A stretch of 54,953 nt of DNA. It comes from Candidatus Zhuqueibacterota bacterium. GTDB taxonomy: Bacteria > Zhuqueibacterota > Zhuqueibacteria > Residuimicrobiales > Krinioviventaceae. The stretch spans positions 14,011-68,963 of the forward strand of contig JAPDPN010000002.1 in NCBI GenBank assembly GCA_034506455.1, written 5' to 3'. Shown piece after piece: positions 8,835 through 21,279 of the stretch. The translations under genes and the position numbers were made by a program. The notes beneath the pieces were generated by a model, which was not told the DNA's origin, ran no database searches, and saw only the letters and a program-made list of their open reading frames with translations. Positions within the stretch are counted from its first letter, which is position 1. Every line of letters starts with the position of its first letter.

Positions 8835-11267
8835 TTATCCCATTTCCACCAAAACAGAGTTAGTGTCCTCGAAAAGTGATTGCGGAATTAAATTACCATT
8901 AAGTTCTTTACCGTTCAGCGTCAATTTTTTCACGCCTTTTTGGACGCCGTTGGGATTCTCGACCGTAATTTCGAATCGCTTTCCGCGAAAGATGCGGGTG
9001 ACCTGAAATGTCTTCCAATGCGAAGGAATACAGGGATCGATGCACAGTCCGTCATATTCCGGTCGAATACCTAGGATGTGATGCGTAATTGCATAAAAAG
9101 TCCAAGCGGCCGAACCGCTCAACCACGGAATCCTCGATGCGCCATGTTTCGGGCTTTGTCTGCCGTGTGTAGATTGGCAAAGTACGTAGGGTTCGATTTC
9201 CCGCACTTCGGCTCTTTGGTTATAGGCGGCAGGAAGGTAGGCGCGTAAATAGCGATAAGCGCGATCACCGTGTCCCAAAATCGCCTCGGCAATGATTGCC
9301 CATCCTTGGATATGCATAAAAATGCCGCCGTTTTCCTTCAGACCCGGATTCATGAGCTGCGCTCGGACGATGTTATAATCCGAAGAAGTATAGGGCGGAT
9401 CACAAATGACCAGGCCGAAATCCGTTGCCAACCGTTCATTGACGACATTCATGATGTGCTCTGCTTGGTCGCCCCGCGCAGCGCCGCTGATGATCGCCCA
9501 GCTTTGCGGATTGAGATAGATTTGCCCTTCCTGATTCTCTCTGGAACCAAATTTTCGACCATCCTGGCTGTAACCGCGCAGAAACCATTCTCCATCCCAA
9601 GCAAAAGTTTGAATCGCCTGGTCGAGCTCACTCAGACATCGGCGCGCCCACTCTGCCTCTTCCTGCTCCCCTAACAGTTCTGCAGCCTCGCGATAGACAA
9701 CCAAAGCATAGCGCAACTGCATGGCGACGAAGACCGATTCGCCCTTTGCGCCGAACCTTAGACAGTCGTTCCAGTCGGCCTTTAGACCGCAGGGGAGACC
9801 ATGTGCTCCGCGCCGCTCCCAGCTGAATTGCATGGCGCTTTTCAAATGGCCCAATACCGTATCCTCGCCCTGATCGGCGTAAGCGAGGACACGACGATAA
9901 AAAGACAAATCCCCGCTTTCTTTGACATATTCGCTGACCGCATTGAACAACCAAAGGGCGTCATCAGAACGGTATTCGTCTTCAGCAGGAGGGACTTCCT
10001 TGCCGGGCGAATGGCTGAAAGGCAGGACAACCGGCATGGCGCCTCCCGTGGAGACCTGACCGGTCAGCATTAATTCCAATCGTTGCCGCGCTTCCTCGGT
10101 TATGCAGTGCATAACGCCGATCAGATCCTGCACCGTGTCGCGATAACCAAGGCCGTCGCGGTCGATGCCGCTGTAAATGAGACTTGCCGAGCGCGACCAT
10201 GCATAAGTAATAAGAGCGTTATAAATGCCCCAAACGTTGATCGTACTGTTCAGCTCGGCATCCGGCGTAACTGCTGTCAGTCCGACCAAACGCTGATGCC
10301 AATATTTTTTAACCTTTTCCAGTTCAATGTCCGCCATTCGCAGATCGCTGAAATACGCAACGGCCTGCTTTCCTTCCTTTTCAGCCCTTCCGACACCGAA
10401 AAGAACCAGAAATGTCCGCGACTCCCCGGGCTGGAGAATAATTTCCCCTTCCAGGGCGGCACAGGGGTTATCGCCGTAGCCGAGAGAATTGCTGCATTTC
10501 CCCCGCTCGACAGCAATCGGGTTGGCATAAGTGCGATAGTTGCCCAAAAACGCCTCGCGATCGGTATCGTAGCCGCTGGTCTTTAGGCCGACAAACGCCG
10601 TAAAGCTGTGACGGCCCTGATCTTTTTCCTTGAAATTATCCGGCATTTCGGGAATGTAGACATTCGTACCGTGATCGATGATCCCGTCGATGACGCGCAT
10701 GGAAGTTGTGTATTGAACATATTGTATGTTGAGAAGGTCATCAATCGCGTTCCAATTGCCGACCAGCTCGGCATAAGTGAAAACGCCAAGCTTTCGCGGC
10801 CGCCCGCTTTGGTTTTCCAAAGTAACTTTCCATACCTCGAATAGACGACCCAACGGCACAAAATAAGTGACCTCGGAGAGAATGCCGTCATAACGCGATG
10901 ATATAATCGTATATCCGGTACCGTGTCGGCAGGTCGATCGGTACTTTTCCAAGGGTTTCCCGACCGGCTGCCAGGAGGTCGACCAAAAGTCTTTGCTGTC
11001 ATAGTCGTGGATATAGAGATATCGACCAGGCTGATCCATGGGAATCGAGTTAAAGCGGAAGCGCATGAACCGTCCCATTCCGCCCGATTTCCAAAAGCTG
11101 TAACCGCCGGCGTTGTTGGTAATGATAGCCCCGTATTCGGTCGAACCTAAATAATTGCTCCACGACTTGGGAGTGTCCGGCCTGGTAATGACATATTCTT
11201 TTCTTTCATCATCAAAGTAGCCGTACTGCACGTTGTCGCCCTCCTGAAACCTGCCGGTGTCATTCAC
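8835..11267 (-). CDS. GH94 disaccharide phosphorylase (cellobiose/chitobiose phosphorylase-like)
   Basis: 810 aa. The N-terminus YGYFDDERKEYVITRPDTPKSWSNYLGS...AGGYSF...RYLYI resembles cellobiose phosphorylases. Catalytic region GLKADWNDCL. I cannot call substrate specificity by eye. Confidence 0.85.
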   Translation of the reverse strand: MNDTGRFQEGDNVQYGYFDDERKEYVITRPDTPKSWSNYLGSTEYGAIITNNAGGYSFWKSGGMGRFMRFRFNSIPMDQPGRYLYIHDYDSKDFWSTSWQPVGKPLEKYRSTCRHGTGYTIISSRYDGILSEVTYFVPLGRLFEVWKVTLENQSGRPRKLGVFTYAELVGNWNAIDDLLNIQYVQYTTSMRVIDGIIDHGTNVYIPEMPDNFKEKDQGRHSFTAFVGLKTSGYDTDREAFLGNYRTYANPIAVERGKCSNSLGYGDNPCAALEGEIILQPGESRTFLVLFGVGRAEKEGKQAVAYFSDLRMADIELEKVKKYWHQRLVGLTAVTPDAELNSTINVWGIYNALITYAWSRSASLIYSGIDRDGLGYRDTVQDLIGVMHCITEEARQRLELMLTGQVSTGGAMPVVLPFSHSPGKEVPPAEDEYRSDDALWLFNAVSEYVKESGDLSFYRRVLAYADQGEDTVLGHLKSAMQFSWERRGAHGLPCGLKADWNDCLRFGAKGESVFVAMQLRYALVVYREAAELLGEQEEAEWARRCLSELDQAIQTFAWDGEWFLRGYSQDGRKFGSRENQEGQIYLNPQSWAIISGAARGDQAEHIMNVVNERLATDFGLVICDPPYTSSDYNIVRAQLMNPGLKENGGIFMHIQGWAIIAEAILGHGDRAYRYLRAYLPAAYNQRAEVREIEPYVLCQSTHGRQSPKHGASRIPWLSGSAAWTFYAITHHILGIRPEYDGLCIDPCIPSHWKTFQVTRIFRGKRFEITVENPNGVQKGVKKLTLNGKELNGNLIPQSLFEDTNSVLVEMG

Positions 11268-12672
11268 TTTGCCGACGCCCGCCGAGCTCGGCAGTAATCT
11301 GCTCTACTTTATCATCGCTAAGCGGATATAAAATCATTAGGAGAAAAGAGATGATGCCCAGCCCGGCCGGGATAAGGCTGAAAAGCAGCCGCAAGCCTTG
11401 CACGCTCGATACGGATTGTTCCTGGTTAGGGGTGAATCCTACGCTTGCCATGAGCTTCAAGGCGACAAAAGCGCCCAAAGCCCAACCGATTTTTTGCGAC
11501 ATCGTGGAAGCGGAAAAGACCAGCCCGGTTGCTCGACGACCGCGTTTCCATTCTCCGTAATCAGCCGTATCGGCATACATTGCCCACAGCAGAACGCTGA
11601 GAGGCCCGCCGCTCGCAGATCCGGTTATTTGCAGCAAAAAGATCCATCCCAGTTTTTCAGGCTTGACAAAATAGAATCCAGCCGTGCTGAGGATGGCGAT
11701 GACGAATAAAATCAAAAAGGCGCGCTTTTTCCCGACCTTTTTGGCAAACCAGCTGACGCCCAATACGCCGATAAGGCTAAAGATCTGCCCAACGGTGTTG
11801 AACGCCGACACGATCGCTTCGAATCCGTAGGCCTTTCCGCCCAAAAGCGGCAATTCAATCGTTCTCTCGCCCACTACATACTTAAAATAGTGCGTGGTAA
11901 CACTGCTTCGAACGGCAACGAACAAGATAAAAGTCAACGTGGTCGCCAGTAGAATAAGCCAGGGTACGTTGGTGACCAACTCGTAAAGATCCTGCTTGAT
12001 GGAAGATTTTTGACTTTTCGGCGGCTGGACTCTTTCCCGCGTTCCGGCAAAGGCGATGAGGAAAAAGATAATGGCCGCAACGCCGTAAACCATAAACGCT
12101 CTTTGCCAGCCGATCGCCTGATGCGCGGGATCATCGCCCCCACCGAAAGCCTTGACCATCGGCAGCAGCGTTGCAGAGACGATGATTCCTGCCGAAAAGG
12201 CAAAGAGAAATTTGATGGAGGAAACGCTGGTTCGATCAACGGAATCCGGCGAAATGACGCCCAACAGCGCAGTATAGGGAATGTTGATGGCCGTATAGAG
12301 CATCATAATGCCGTTAAAAGTTAAAAACGCATAGATAAGCTTTCCTGTATATCCGAAAGGCGGCACGGTAAAGGTCAGCACCCCCATCACGGCAAAGGGA
12401 ACGCAGAGCCATAACAGATAAGGCCTGAACTTGCCCCAGCGCGTATTCGTTCGATCTGCAATCATGCCCATGATCGGGTCGTTGATGCCGTCCCAAATAC
12501 GGCTGACCAAAAACAGTGTGGCCGCCGCATTGGCCGAAATGAGAAAGACATCGGTATAAAAAAATGTGAAATAGAGCATAAAAGTCTGCCAATACAACAC
12601 CGAGGCGAGATCACCGAAACCGTAGGCGATTTTTTCTTTCAGTGTCAACTTGCCGACAGCCGGAGCGGTCAT
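11260..12672 (-). CDS. glycoside-pentoside-hexuronide (GPH):cation symporter family transporter
   Basis: MelB/GPH motifs GFGDLAS...FFYTDV and DGINDPIMGMIADRT, with about 12 TM segments. I trimmed the 522-aa ORF to the Met at 12672 (MTAPAVGKL), which has GAGGAGGA upstream. The stop overlaps the GH94 start by 8 nt. Confidence 0.85.
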   Translation of the reverse strand: MTAPAVGKLTLKEKIAYGFGDLASVLYWQTFMLYFTFFYTDVFLISANAAATLFLVSRIWDGINDPIMGMIADRTNTRWGKFRPYLLWLCVPFAVMGVLTFTVPPFGYTGKLIYAFLTFNGIMMLYTAINIPYTALLGVISPDSVDRTSVSSIKFLFAFSAGIIVSATLLPMVKAFGGGDDPAHQAIGWQRAFMVYGVAAIIFFLIAFAGTRERVQPPKSQKSSIKQDLYELVTNVPWLILLATTLTFILFVAVRSSVTTHYFKYVVGERTIELPLLGGKAYGFEAIVSAFNTVGQIFSLIGVLGVSWFAKKVGKKRAFLILFVIAILSTAGFYFVKPEKLGWIFLLQITGSASGGPLSVLLWAMYADTADYGEWKRGRRATGLVFSASTMSQKIGWALGAFVALKLMASVGFTPNQEQSVSSVQGLRLLFSLIPAGLGIISFLLMILYPLSDDKVEQITAELGGRRQSE

Positions 12673-12969
12673 GGTTTTTATCCTCCTCAAAAAGGTACTG
12701 GTCTCAATACGGCGCCCTCTTGCGCAAAAGTAAAGAATTTTCACCTTAAATAAAAGCGACGTTTTTAAAAGCTTGAATATTTTTCCGGCGCATTTTGTTT
12801 TAGTGTTCGGAAATTGCGGATGTTGCAACCGAATCTTCTCAAGCTGCTGTTTCTCCTACCAGGATTCGCCAACGGCTCAGAATACTGTATGAATGGGTAA
12901 TCTCCTGCAGATCGGCAAACAGTCGATCGCGGAGTGTTTGTTTCATTGTTCTGAGAAAGGAGGCGTAAG

Positions 12970-13701
12970 ATGTCTGGTTTCAAGCGGTTTTTCTGCTCAG
13001 GCGTCGCCTTGCTGATGATGTTTATTGCTTGTTCTTCAGATAAAGAAAGTCCGGTGACGCCGACGACGCCGCCCAAGGCGCCGGAATTCACTCTCAAACA
13101 ATTCGTCTTTCCCGCCAAAATGATGCAGTCTGCCGATGAAAAAGCCAAGCTGGCCCTGCAAATTGCAGCCGAGGTGACCAATTTTGAAGGCACCGGCTGC
13201 ATTTTCGAGCCGCCTGCCGGAGCGACAGCTGTAAAGGAAGAAAGCGGCAATTGGGAATATGAATGGATGGATAACAATGTCAAAAACGTGCTCAAGATCA
13301 CCGCAGGCGGCGGCCGTTACACGTGGCAACTGCTTCTAAGCGGCAATGTTGATGGAGTAAGCCTCGAAAATTGGAGAAAAATGGATGTCGTCCAAAGGAC
13401 GGACCAAACCAACGGCCATGTCTATCTTTACAAACTTGGAACTCAGCAGATAACCATCGAGTGGGTTTGGTACACTTTGGAAAACGGCGACTACAAGTTT
13501 GTCAAACAGTGGTATGAACCGCCGACGGGAAAGATCGAATTTACTTTCAAAGCGGACAAGTCGGGCCGACTGGAGCGGTTTTCGCCCAACAGCAAGGGCA
13601 GTCTCGTCTATGATTTGAGGATTACGTGGAACTCGGAAGGCAACGGTGCCTGGTGGACATTTAACGACGGGACTCAGACCGGCTACGGCTCCTGGAACTG
13701 A
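12970..13701 (+). CDS. hypothetical Trp-rich lipoprotein
   Basis: AAGGAGG SD. Lipobox MFIAC followed by SSDKESP. The mature part has 11 Trp in about 150 residues. No recognisable domain. Confidence 0.55.
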   Translation: MSGFKRFFCSGVALLMMFIACSSDKESPVTPTTPPKAPEFTLKQFVFPAKMMQSADEKAKLALQIAAEVTNFEGTGCIFEPPAGATAVKEESGNWEYEWMDNNVKNVLKITAGGGRYTWQLLLSGNVDGVSLENWRKMDVVQRTDQTNGHVYLYKLGTQQITIEWVWYTLENGDYKFVKQWYEPPTGKIEFTFKADKSGRLERFSPNSKGSLVYDLRITWNSEGNGAWWTFNDGTQTGYGSWN

Positions 13702-13715
13702 GCGCGGTGCTGAGA

Positions 13716-13746
13716 AGCCGGCAGAGCTTTAACTGCTCTGCCGGCT
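13716..13746. terminator. perfect 12-bp hairpin between convergent genes (probable bidirectional terminator)
   Basis: AGCCGGCAGAGC(13716-13727), loop TTTAACT, GCTCTGCCGGCT(13735-13746), followed on + by TTCTTTAT. The cimA stop codon (13729-13731) lies in the loop. Confidence 0.6.
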
Positions 13747-15333
13747 TTCTTTATCAGTCTGTTCTAGATCGCGCATCAGTTTATAAGTGATGCGATCCAC
13801 CAAAGCCTGCCAGCTTGCTTCAATAATGTTTTCGGAAACACCTACCGTGCCCCATATCATGTTGCCATCTTCCGACTGAATGGTAACCCGCACTTTGGCG
13901 GCAGTGCCCTCGCGGCTGTCGAGAACGCGGACTTTATAGTCGATCAGCCTCATCTCCTTCAGCGTAGGATAAAATGGCTCCAATGCCTTACGTAACGCTT
14001 TGTCCAAGGCGTCGACCGGGCCGTGTCCTTCGGCAACGACGTGCTGCATTTGTCCGTCGATGCGTACCATCAAAATGGCCTCGGAATGGAGGTGTCCCTC
14101 CTCGTACTTGAATACCACCACCCGGGCCGATTTGAGCTCGAAAAAGTTGCGAAAACTGCCCGTTGTTTTGTGGATGAGCACTTCGAACGATCCGTCCGCA
14201 TCCTCGAATTGATAACCAAGATGTTCCAACTCTTTGAGCCGTTGAACAATCTCGCGAACGCCTTCTTTGTCCGAGGACAAGTCATAGCCCAACTCTCTGG
14301 CCTTTTGCAAGATATTGCTCTGCCCGGCCTGGTCGCTTACCAAGATGCGTTGATGGTTGCCGACAAGCTTTGGATCAATATGCTCATAAGTCCTGCGGTT
14401 CCTTTGCAGGGCGCTGACGTGAATCCCGCCCTTGTGAGCAAAAGCGCTGTTGCCGACGTAAGGAGACTCTTCCCGATGCGGAAGATTTGACATTTCACTC
14501 ACATAGCGGGATAAGGTCGTCAGTTCCGCCAGCTTGACGCGCGGCTTTACTTCGACGCCGTCCAGTTTGAACGCCACCCCCGGAATGATGGAGCAAAGGT
14601 TCGCGTTGCCGCACCGCTCGCCGTAGCCGTTTATGGTGCCTTGAACATGGAGAACACCCCGCTTGACCGCCGCCAGGCTGTTGGCCACAGCGCAGTCAGA
14701 ATCATTGTGCGCGTGAATACCGAAAGGGGTATTGGGAAAAGCCCTTAAAGTCTGCTCGAGAATTTCGATGAGCCGATCGGTAATCATGCCGCCGTTGGTG
14801 TCGCACAAGACCAGACAATCGGCGCCTCCCCGTAGAGCCGCCTCGAGGGTTTTAAGGGCATACTCGGGGTTAGCCGAAAATCCGTCGAAATAGTGTTCTG
14901 CGTCGTAAATGACCTCTTTTCCCTTGTCCTTTAAAAAAGCCACCGACTCATAAATCAACTCGAGATTCGTTTCCAAAGTTGTACGCAAACCGTCGATAAC
15001 GTGCAGATCCCAACTTTTGCCGAAAATGGTGACGACGGGAGTTTCGGCCTGAACGAGCAGTTGCAGGTTTTCGTCCTTGTCCACACTCGATTGCACGCGC
15101 CGGGTACTGCCGAAAGCGGCAATTTTGGCGTTTTGCCATTCGATGGTACGGGCGCGCTGGAAAAACTCGATGTCCTTTGGATTGGAACCCGGCCATCCTC
15201 CCTCGATATAATCGACGCCGAATTCGTCCAGGCGTTTGGCAATCTGAACCTTGTCGGCGACGGAATAAGAAACGCCTTCGTGCTGATTGCCGTCCCGCAG
15301 CGTCGTATCGTAAATGATCAAAGTTGCCGCCAT
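13729..15333 (-). CDS. cimA: (R)-citramalate synthase (LeuA-related, CimA-type)
   Basis: IIYDTTLRDGNQHEGVSYS, HAHNDSDCAVAN and a C-terminal LeuA-dimer-like regulatory domain. I trimmed to the Met at 15333 (MAATLIIYDTT), which has AAGGAG upstream. 534 aa. Confidence 0.8.
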   Translation of the reverse strand: MAATLIIYDTTLRDGNQHEGVSYSVADKVQIAKRLDEFGVDYIEGGWPGSNPKDIEFFQRARTIEWQNAKIAAFGSTRRVQSSVDKDENLQLLVQAETPVVTIFGKSWDLHVIDGLRTTLETNLELIYESVAFLKDKGKEVIYDAEHYFDGFSANPEYALKTLEAALRGGADCLVLCDTNGGMITDRLIEILEQTLRAFPNTPFGIHAHNDSDCAVANSLAAVKRGVLHVQGTINGYGERCGNANLCSIIPGVAFKLDGVEVKPRVKLAELTTLSRYVSEMSNLPHREESPYVGNSAFAHKGGIHVSALQRNRRTYEHIDPKLVGNHQRILVSDQAGQSNILQKARELGYDLSSDKEGVREIVQRLKELEHLGYQFEDADGSFEVLIHKTTGSFRNFFELKSARVVVFKYEEGHLHSEAILMVRIDGQMQHVVAEGHGPVDALDKALRKALEPFYPTLKEMRLIDYKVRVLDSREGTAAKVRVTIQSEDGNMIWGTVGVSENIIEASWQALVDRITYKLMRDLEQTDKESRQSS

Positions 15334-15343
15334 ATTCCACTCC

Positions 15344-16426
15344 TTACCCTTTTGCCGCGTGCTCCACTTCGCGGACGATGAAATCTCCCATTTCCGCCGT
15401 CGAAAGAACCGTTTCTCCCGCTCGGGCGATGTCGGCGGTTCTTGCCCCTTTGAGCAGGGCATTGCCGATTGCCGTTTCGATCCACTCGCCTTCCTTTTTC
15501 CTGCCCAAAGAGTGAATGAGCATCATGGCGACGGAGGCAATGGTGGCAATCGGATTGGCTTTGTTTTGCCCGGCGATGTCCGGCGCCGAGCCGTGCACCG
15601 GCTCATACATCCCCGGTCCGTCGCCAAGACTGGCAGAAGGCAGCATGCCGAGAGAACCGGTAATCATGGCCGCCTCGTCGCTTAAAATATCGCCGAACAG
15701 ATTGCCGGTGACGATCACATCAAACTGGCGCGGATTGCGGATCAGCTGCATGGCCGCATTGTCGACATACATGTGAGTGAGAGTGACTTCCGGATACTCC
15801 GCGGCAACCTCGATGACGATGCGCCGCCAAAATTGCGAGACTTCGAGCACGTTGGCCTTGTCGACGGAGCATACTTGGCGCCGACGGTTTTTTGCCGCCT
15901 CAAATGCAACGCGCGCGATCCGCTCGACCTCTTTGCGGGTATAGATCATTGTATTGAAGCCGCGGTCCTGCTCCAAGCCGCGCGGCTCCCCGAAATAGAC
16001 TCCGCCGGTCAGCTCACGTACGATCAGCAGATCGACATCTTGAACCACCTCTTCCTTCAATGTAGAAGATGCCGCGAGGGCGGGGTAGATTTTGGCGGGT
16101 CGAAGATTGGCATAAAGCCCTAAGCCGGCGCGCAATCCGAGCAACCCCTTCTCCGGCCGCATATGGGAAGGAAGCTGATCGTATTGGGGCGCACCGATGG
16201 CGCCGAGTAAAACTGCGTCGCTTGCGCGGCAGGCGGCCAAGGTCTCCTCGGGTAGCGGCGTTCCGTATTTGTCGATCGCCGCACCGCCCACATCACGATA
16301 GTCGAGCTCCACCTTAAAACCGGCCAGTTCGGCGACAATCCTGAGCACTTTTACAGCTTCGGCCACCACTTCCGGGCCGATCCCGTCTCCCGGAAGCACA
16401 GTAATTCGATAATTGCTTTTTTGCAT
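15344..16426 (-). CDS. leuB: 3-isopropylmalate dehydrogenase
   Basis: [17 protein letters not shown] and NLFGDILSD. 360 aa. Confidence 0.92.
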   Translation of the reverse strand: MQKSNYRITVLPGDGIGPEVVAEAVKVLRIVAELAGFKVELDYRDVGGAAIDKYGTPLPEETLAACRASDAVLLGAIGAPQYDQLPSHMRPEKGLLGLRAGLGLYANLRPAKIYPALAASSTLKEEVVQDVDLLIVRELTGGVYFGEPRGLEQDRGFNTMIYTRKEVERIARVAFEAAKNRRRQVCSVDKANVLEVSQFWRRIVIEVAAEYPEVTLTHMYVDNAAMQLIRNPRQFDVIVTGNLFGDILSDEAAMITGSLGMLPSASLGDGPGMYEPVHGSAPDIAGQNKANPIATIASVAMMLIHSLGRKKEGEWIETAIGNALLKGARTADIARAGETVLSTAEMGDFIVREVEHAAKG

Positions 16427-16435
16427 GAGTGTTTT

Positions 16436-17965
16436 TTACCCTTTGCTTTTCGATTCTGATGCGCTGTAGAGCTTGTTATGCGCATGGATGTAGGCACGAA
16501 TGCCCGCCTCGATGACGTCCGTGCCGGTACCGCGACCGACGAATTTGCGGCCGTTCTCGGTGATGGTAACGTGAACTTCACCCATGGCATTTCTGCCGCC
16601 GGTAAGCGCCTGCAGCGAAAATTCAAGCAGCTTGACCGGCCGTCCTATGATTTTGTCGATGGCCGCAAAGGCCGCGTCTATGGGACCGTCGCCGACGGCG
16701 GCATCCTGAACAACCTGGTCACCAATGCGCAGCCCAATGGTGGCCGTCGGCACAGTATGGTTGCCGCTGAGGATATGGAAATACTCCAACCGATAAACTT
16801 CCTCGATCGTCTGGGCCTCTTCGCTGACCAGTGCCTCGAGATCCGCATCGAACACTTCTTTCTTCTTATCGGCAATTTCCAAGAAGCGTTTGTAGATGCG
16901 GTCGATTTTCTCCTGGCTCAGCGAATAACCCAGGTCTTCCAGCCGCTTTTTTAGACCGTGCCGCCCGGAATGGCGACCCAAAACGATTTTCGTCTCTCCC
17001 CAACCGACTTCTGCAGGATTCATGATCTCGTATGTTGCCGCATCTTTGATCATGGCATCCTGATGGATACCCGATTCGTGCGCAAAGGCGTTGGCGCCGA
17101 CAACCGCCTTATTGGGTTGAACAGGAATGCCGGTAAGATTGCTTACCAGCCTGCTGGTTTTGACGATCTCTTCGTAACGAATGCCCGTCGTCTTTTGATA
17201 AAAATCATAGCGGGTCTTTAGCGCCATCACCACCTCTTCCAGCGAAGCGTTTCCGGCACGCTCGCCGATGCCGTTGATGGTGACTTCAACCTGCTGCGCG
17301 CCGTTGCGCACCGCCGCCAGCGTATTTGCCGTCGCCAACCCCAAATCGTTGTGACAATGAACGCTCAGCACCGCCTTGTGAATGTTCGGCACGTTTTGAA
17401 AGATCTCGCGAATCAGCTGTCCAAACTCCTCGGGGTTGCTGTAACCGACGGTATCCGGAATGTTGATGGTCGTAGCACCGGCGTCGATGGCCGCTTGGAT
17501 GATGCGAAATAGAAAGGGCTTTCCGGTTCGCGAAGAATCCTCCGGCGAAAACTCGATGTCGGAAAAGTACTTTTTGGCCCGCGTTATGCCCTGAATGGCC
17601 ATTTCCAAAACTTCTTCCTCGCTCTTGCGGAATTTTTTATCGAGGTGTATTTTGGACGTGGCGATAAAGGTATGGATGCGGGGTTTGGCCGCTTTTTCGA
17701 GGGCGGCGGCTGCTTTGTCGATGTCCAAGTCGACGCAGCGCGCCAAGCCGCAGATAACAGGCTCCCGAACTTGTTCGGCAATCACCTTTACGGCTTCAAA
17801 CTGGGCATCCGAAGAAACAGGAAAGCCCGCTTCGATGACGTCGACGTTCAGCTTGGCCAACTGATGGGCAATAGCCAGCTTTTGTTCCACGCTCAAAGCT
17901 GCACCCGGGCACTGCTCTCCGTCGCGCAGCGTCGTGTCAAATACAATAATGCGTTGGTCGCTCAT
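16436..17965 (-). CDS. leuA: 2-isopropylmalate synthase
   Basis: VFDTTLRDGEQ, HCHNDLGLATAN and a C-terminal LeuA allosteric domain. 509 aa. Confidence 0.92.
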   Translation of the reverse strand: MSDQRIIVFDTTLRDGEQCPGAALSVEQKLAIAHQLAKLNVDVIEAGFPVSSDAQFEAVKVIAEQVREPVICGLARCVDLDIDKAAAALEKAAKPRIHTFIATSKIHLDKKFRKSEEEVLEMAIQGITRAKKYFSDIEFSPEDSSRTGKPFLFRIIQAAIDAGATTINIPDTVGYSNPEEFGQLIREIFQNVPNIHKAVLSVHCHNDLGLATANTLAAVRNGAQQVEVTINGIGERAGNASLEEVVMALKTRYDFYQKTTGIRYEEIVKTSRLVSNLTGIPVQPNKAVVGANAFAHESGIHQDAMIKDAATYEIMNPAEVGWGETKIVLGRHSGRHGLKKRLEDLGYSLSQEKIDRIYKRFLEIADKKKEVFDADLEALVSEEAQTIEEVYRLEYFHILSGNHTVPTATIGLRIGDQVVQDAAVGDGPIDAAFAAIDKIIGRPVKLLEFSLQALTGGRNAMGEVHVTITENGRKFVGRGTGTDVIEAGIRAYIHAHNKLYSASESKSKG

Positions 17966-17975
17966 AACGACACCT

Positions 17976-19497
<1,522 letters not shown>

Positions 19498-19498
<1 letters not shown>

Positions 19499-21234
19499 TA
19501 GGCCATCCCTCTGATCATTTCGTTAAGCGGCGCCCCTGCCGGCACCATTGGATAGACGTTTTCTTCTTTATCGATCTTGAATTCAACAAACACCGGCCCC
19601 GGCGTGCTGAATGCTTTTTCCAACGTCGGCCTGACGTCTTCCGGCTTTTCAGCGTAAAACCCGTGCGCGCTGTAAGCCTCGGCCAACTTGACGAAATCGG
19701 GCACATAAAAGTCGGGGCAGGGAGCGTTTTCCAAACCTGTGCAGACCTTGGGGCAAAATTTGCTCTTGCGCAGACAAGTATTGGAAAAGCGCCGGTTGTA
19801 AAACATACCCTGCCACTGCCGAACCATGCCGAGCGACTGATTGTTGAAAATGATCACTTTAACGGGAATATTATAAAGAACAGCGGTAGCCAGTTCCTGA
19901 ATATTCATCTGAATGCTTCCGTCTCCTGCCATATCGATAACCAGCTTATCCGGCCGTGCGATCTGAGCGCCGATCGCCGCCGGGAAACCGTATCCCATAG
20001 TTCCCAATCCGCCGGAACTGAGGAAGGTTCTCGGCTCGACGAAATCATAGAACTGCGCCGTCCACATCTGATGCTGCCCCACCTCGGTGGCGATGATTGC
20101 TTCGTGTTTGACCATTTCGGCAACGGTCTGCACCACCATTTGCGGCTGAATTTTGCCGTTTTCGCGATAATAAAGCGGGTAATTCTTTTTCCACTCTTTG
20201 ATCTGCTCCATCCATTCGCGATGCTTTTTAGGTTCGACGATTCGTAAAAGCTCAGCGAGCACCGCCTTCACGTCGCCGACCACGGGAAGCTTGACCTGCA
20301 CGTTCTTTCGAATGGTCGTCGGATCGATGTCGATGTGAACGATTTCCGCTTTGGGCGCAAATTTTTCCACTTTGCCCGTCACGCGGTCATCGAATCGTGC
20401 GCCGACGGCAATCAACAGATCACACTCCTGCACCGCATAATTCGCATAGACGGTGCCGTGCATACCAAGCATCTTGAGTGACCGCTCGTCGGTTTCGGGA
20501 AAAATGCCGAGCCCCATCAGCGTCGTGGTGACCGGGATATCACACTTTTCGGCCAGTTCGCGAATTTCTTCGGCGGCCCCGCTGCTGACGGCTCCGCCGC
20601 CCACGTAAAGTACCGGCCGAGACGCTCTTTTGATTTCCTCTGCCACTTTTTTGATCTGTTGCGGATGACCTTGAACCGTCGGCTTGTAACTGCGAATTTC
20701 GATGCTTTCGGGATAAGGGACGGTGGTTCGCGCCTGCTGGACATTTTTCGGCACATCGACCAGGACCGGTCCGGGGCGGCCGCTGGTGGCAATGTAAAAA
20801 GCAGCCTTGAGAATACGCGGCAGCTCGTCAACCGACTGGACGAGGAAATTGTGTTTGGTTATCGACCGGGTTATGCCGACAATGTCGGCTTCCTGAAAGG
20901 CGTCGTTACCGATCAAATGAGTCGGCACTTGGCCGGTAATGGCGATGACAGGGATCGAATCCATATAGGCAGTCGCCAGGCCGGTGACAATATTGGTGGC
21001 GCCGGGGCCGGAAGTCGTGATGACCACGCCGGGTTTACCGGAGGCCCGCGCATAGCCGTCGGCTGCATGGCAGGCGGCCTGCTCGTGCCGCGTTAGGAAA
21101 AAGGGCACGTCCGCCGAATAAAGCTTGTCGAAAACGTCGATAATTGATCCCCCAGGATAGCCGAAAACAGCACCGACCTTTTCCTGTTGGAGAGCGTGAA
21201 TGATCATCTCTGCGCCGGTCATTGCGTTCTTCAT
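19498..21234 (-). CDS. ilvB: acetolactate synthase large (catalytic) subunit, biosynthetic type
   Basis: ThDP motif GGLGTMGYGFPAAIGA...GDGSIQMN. 578 aa. AAGGGAG SD. Confidence 0.93.
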
Positions 21235-21279
21235 AGAACTCCCTTTAATGAAGTTAAACCCAAGACCGCCTATATTACA

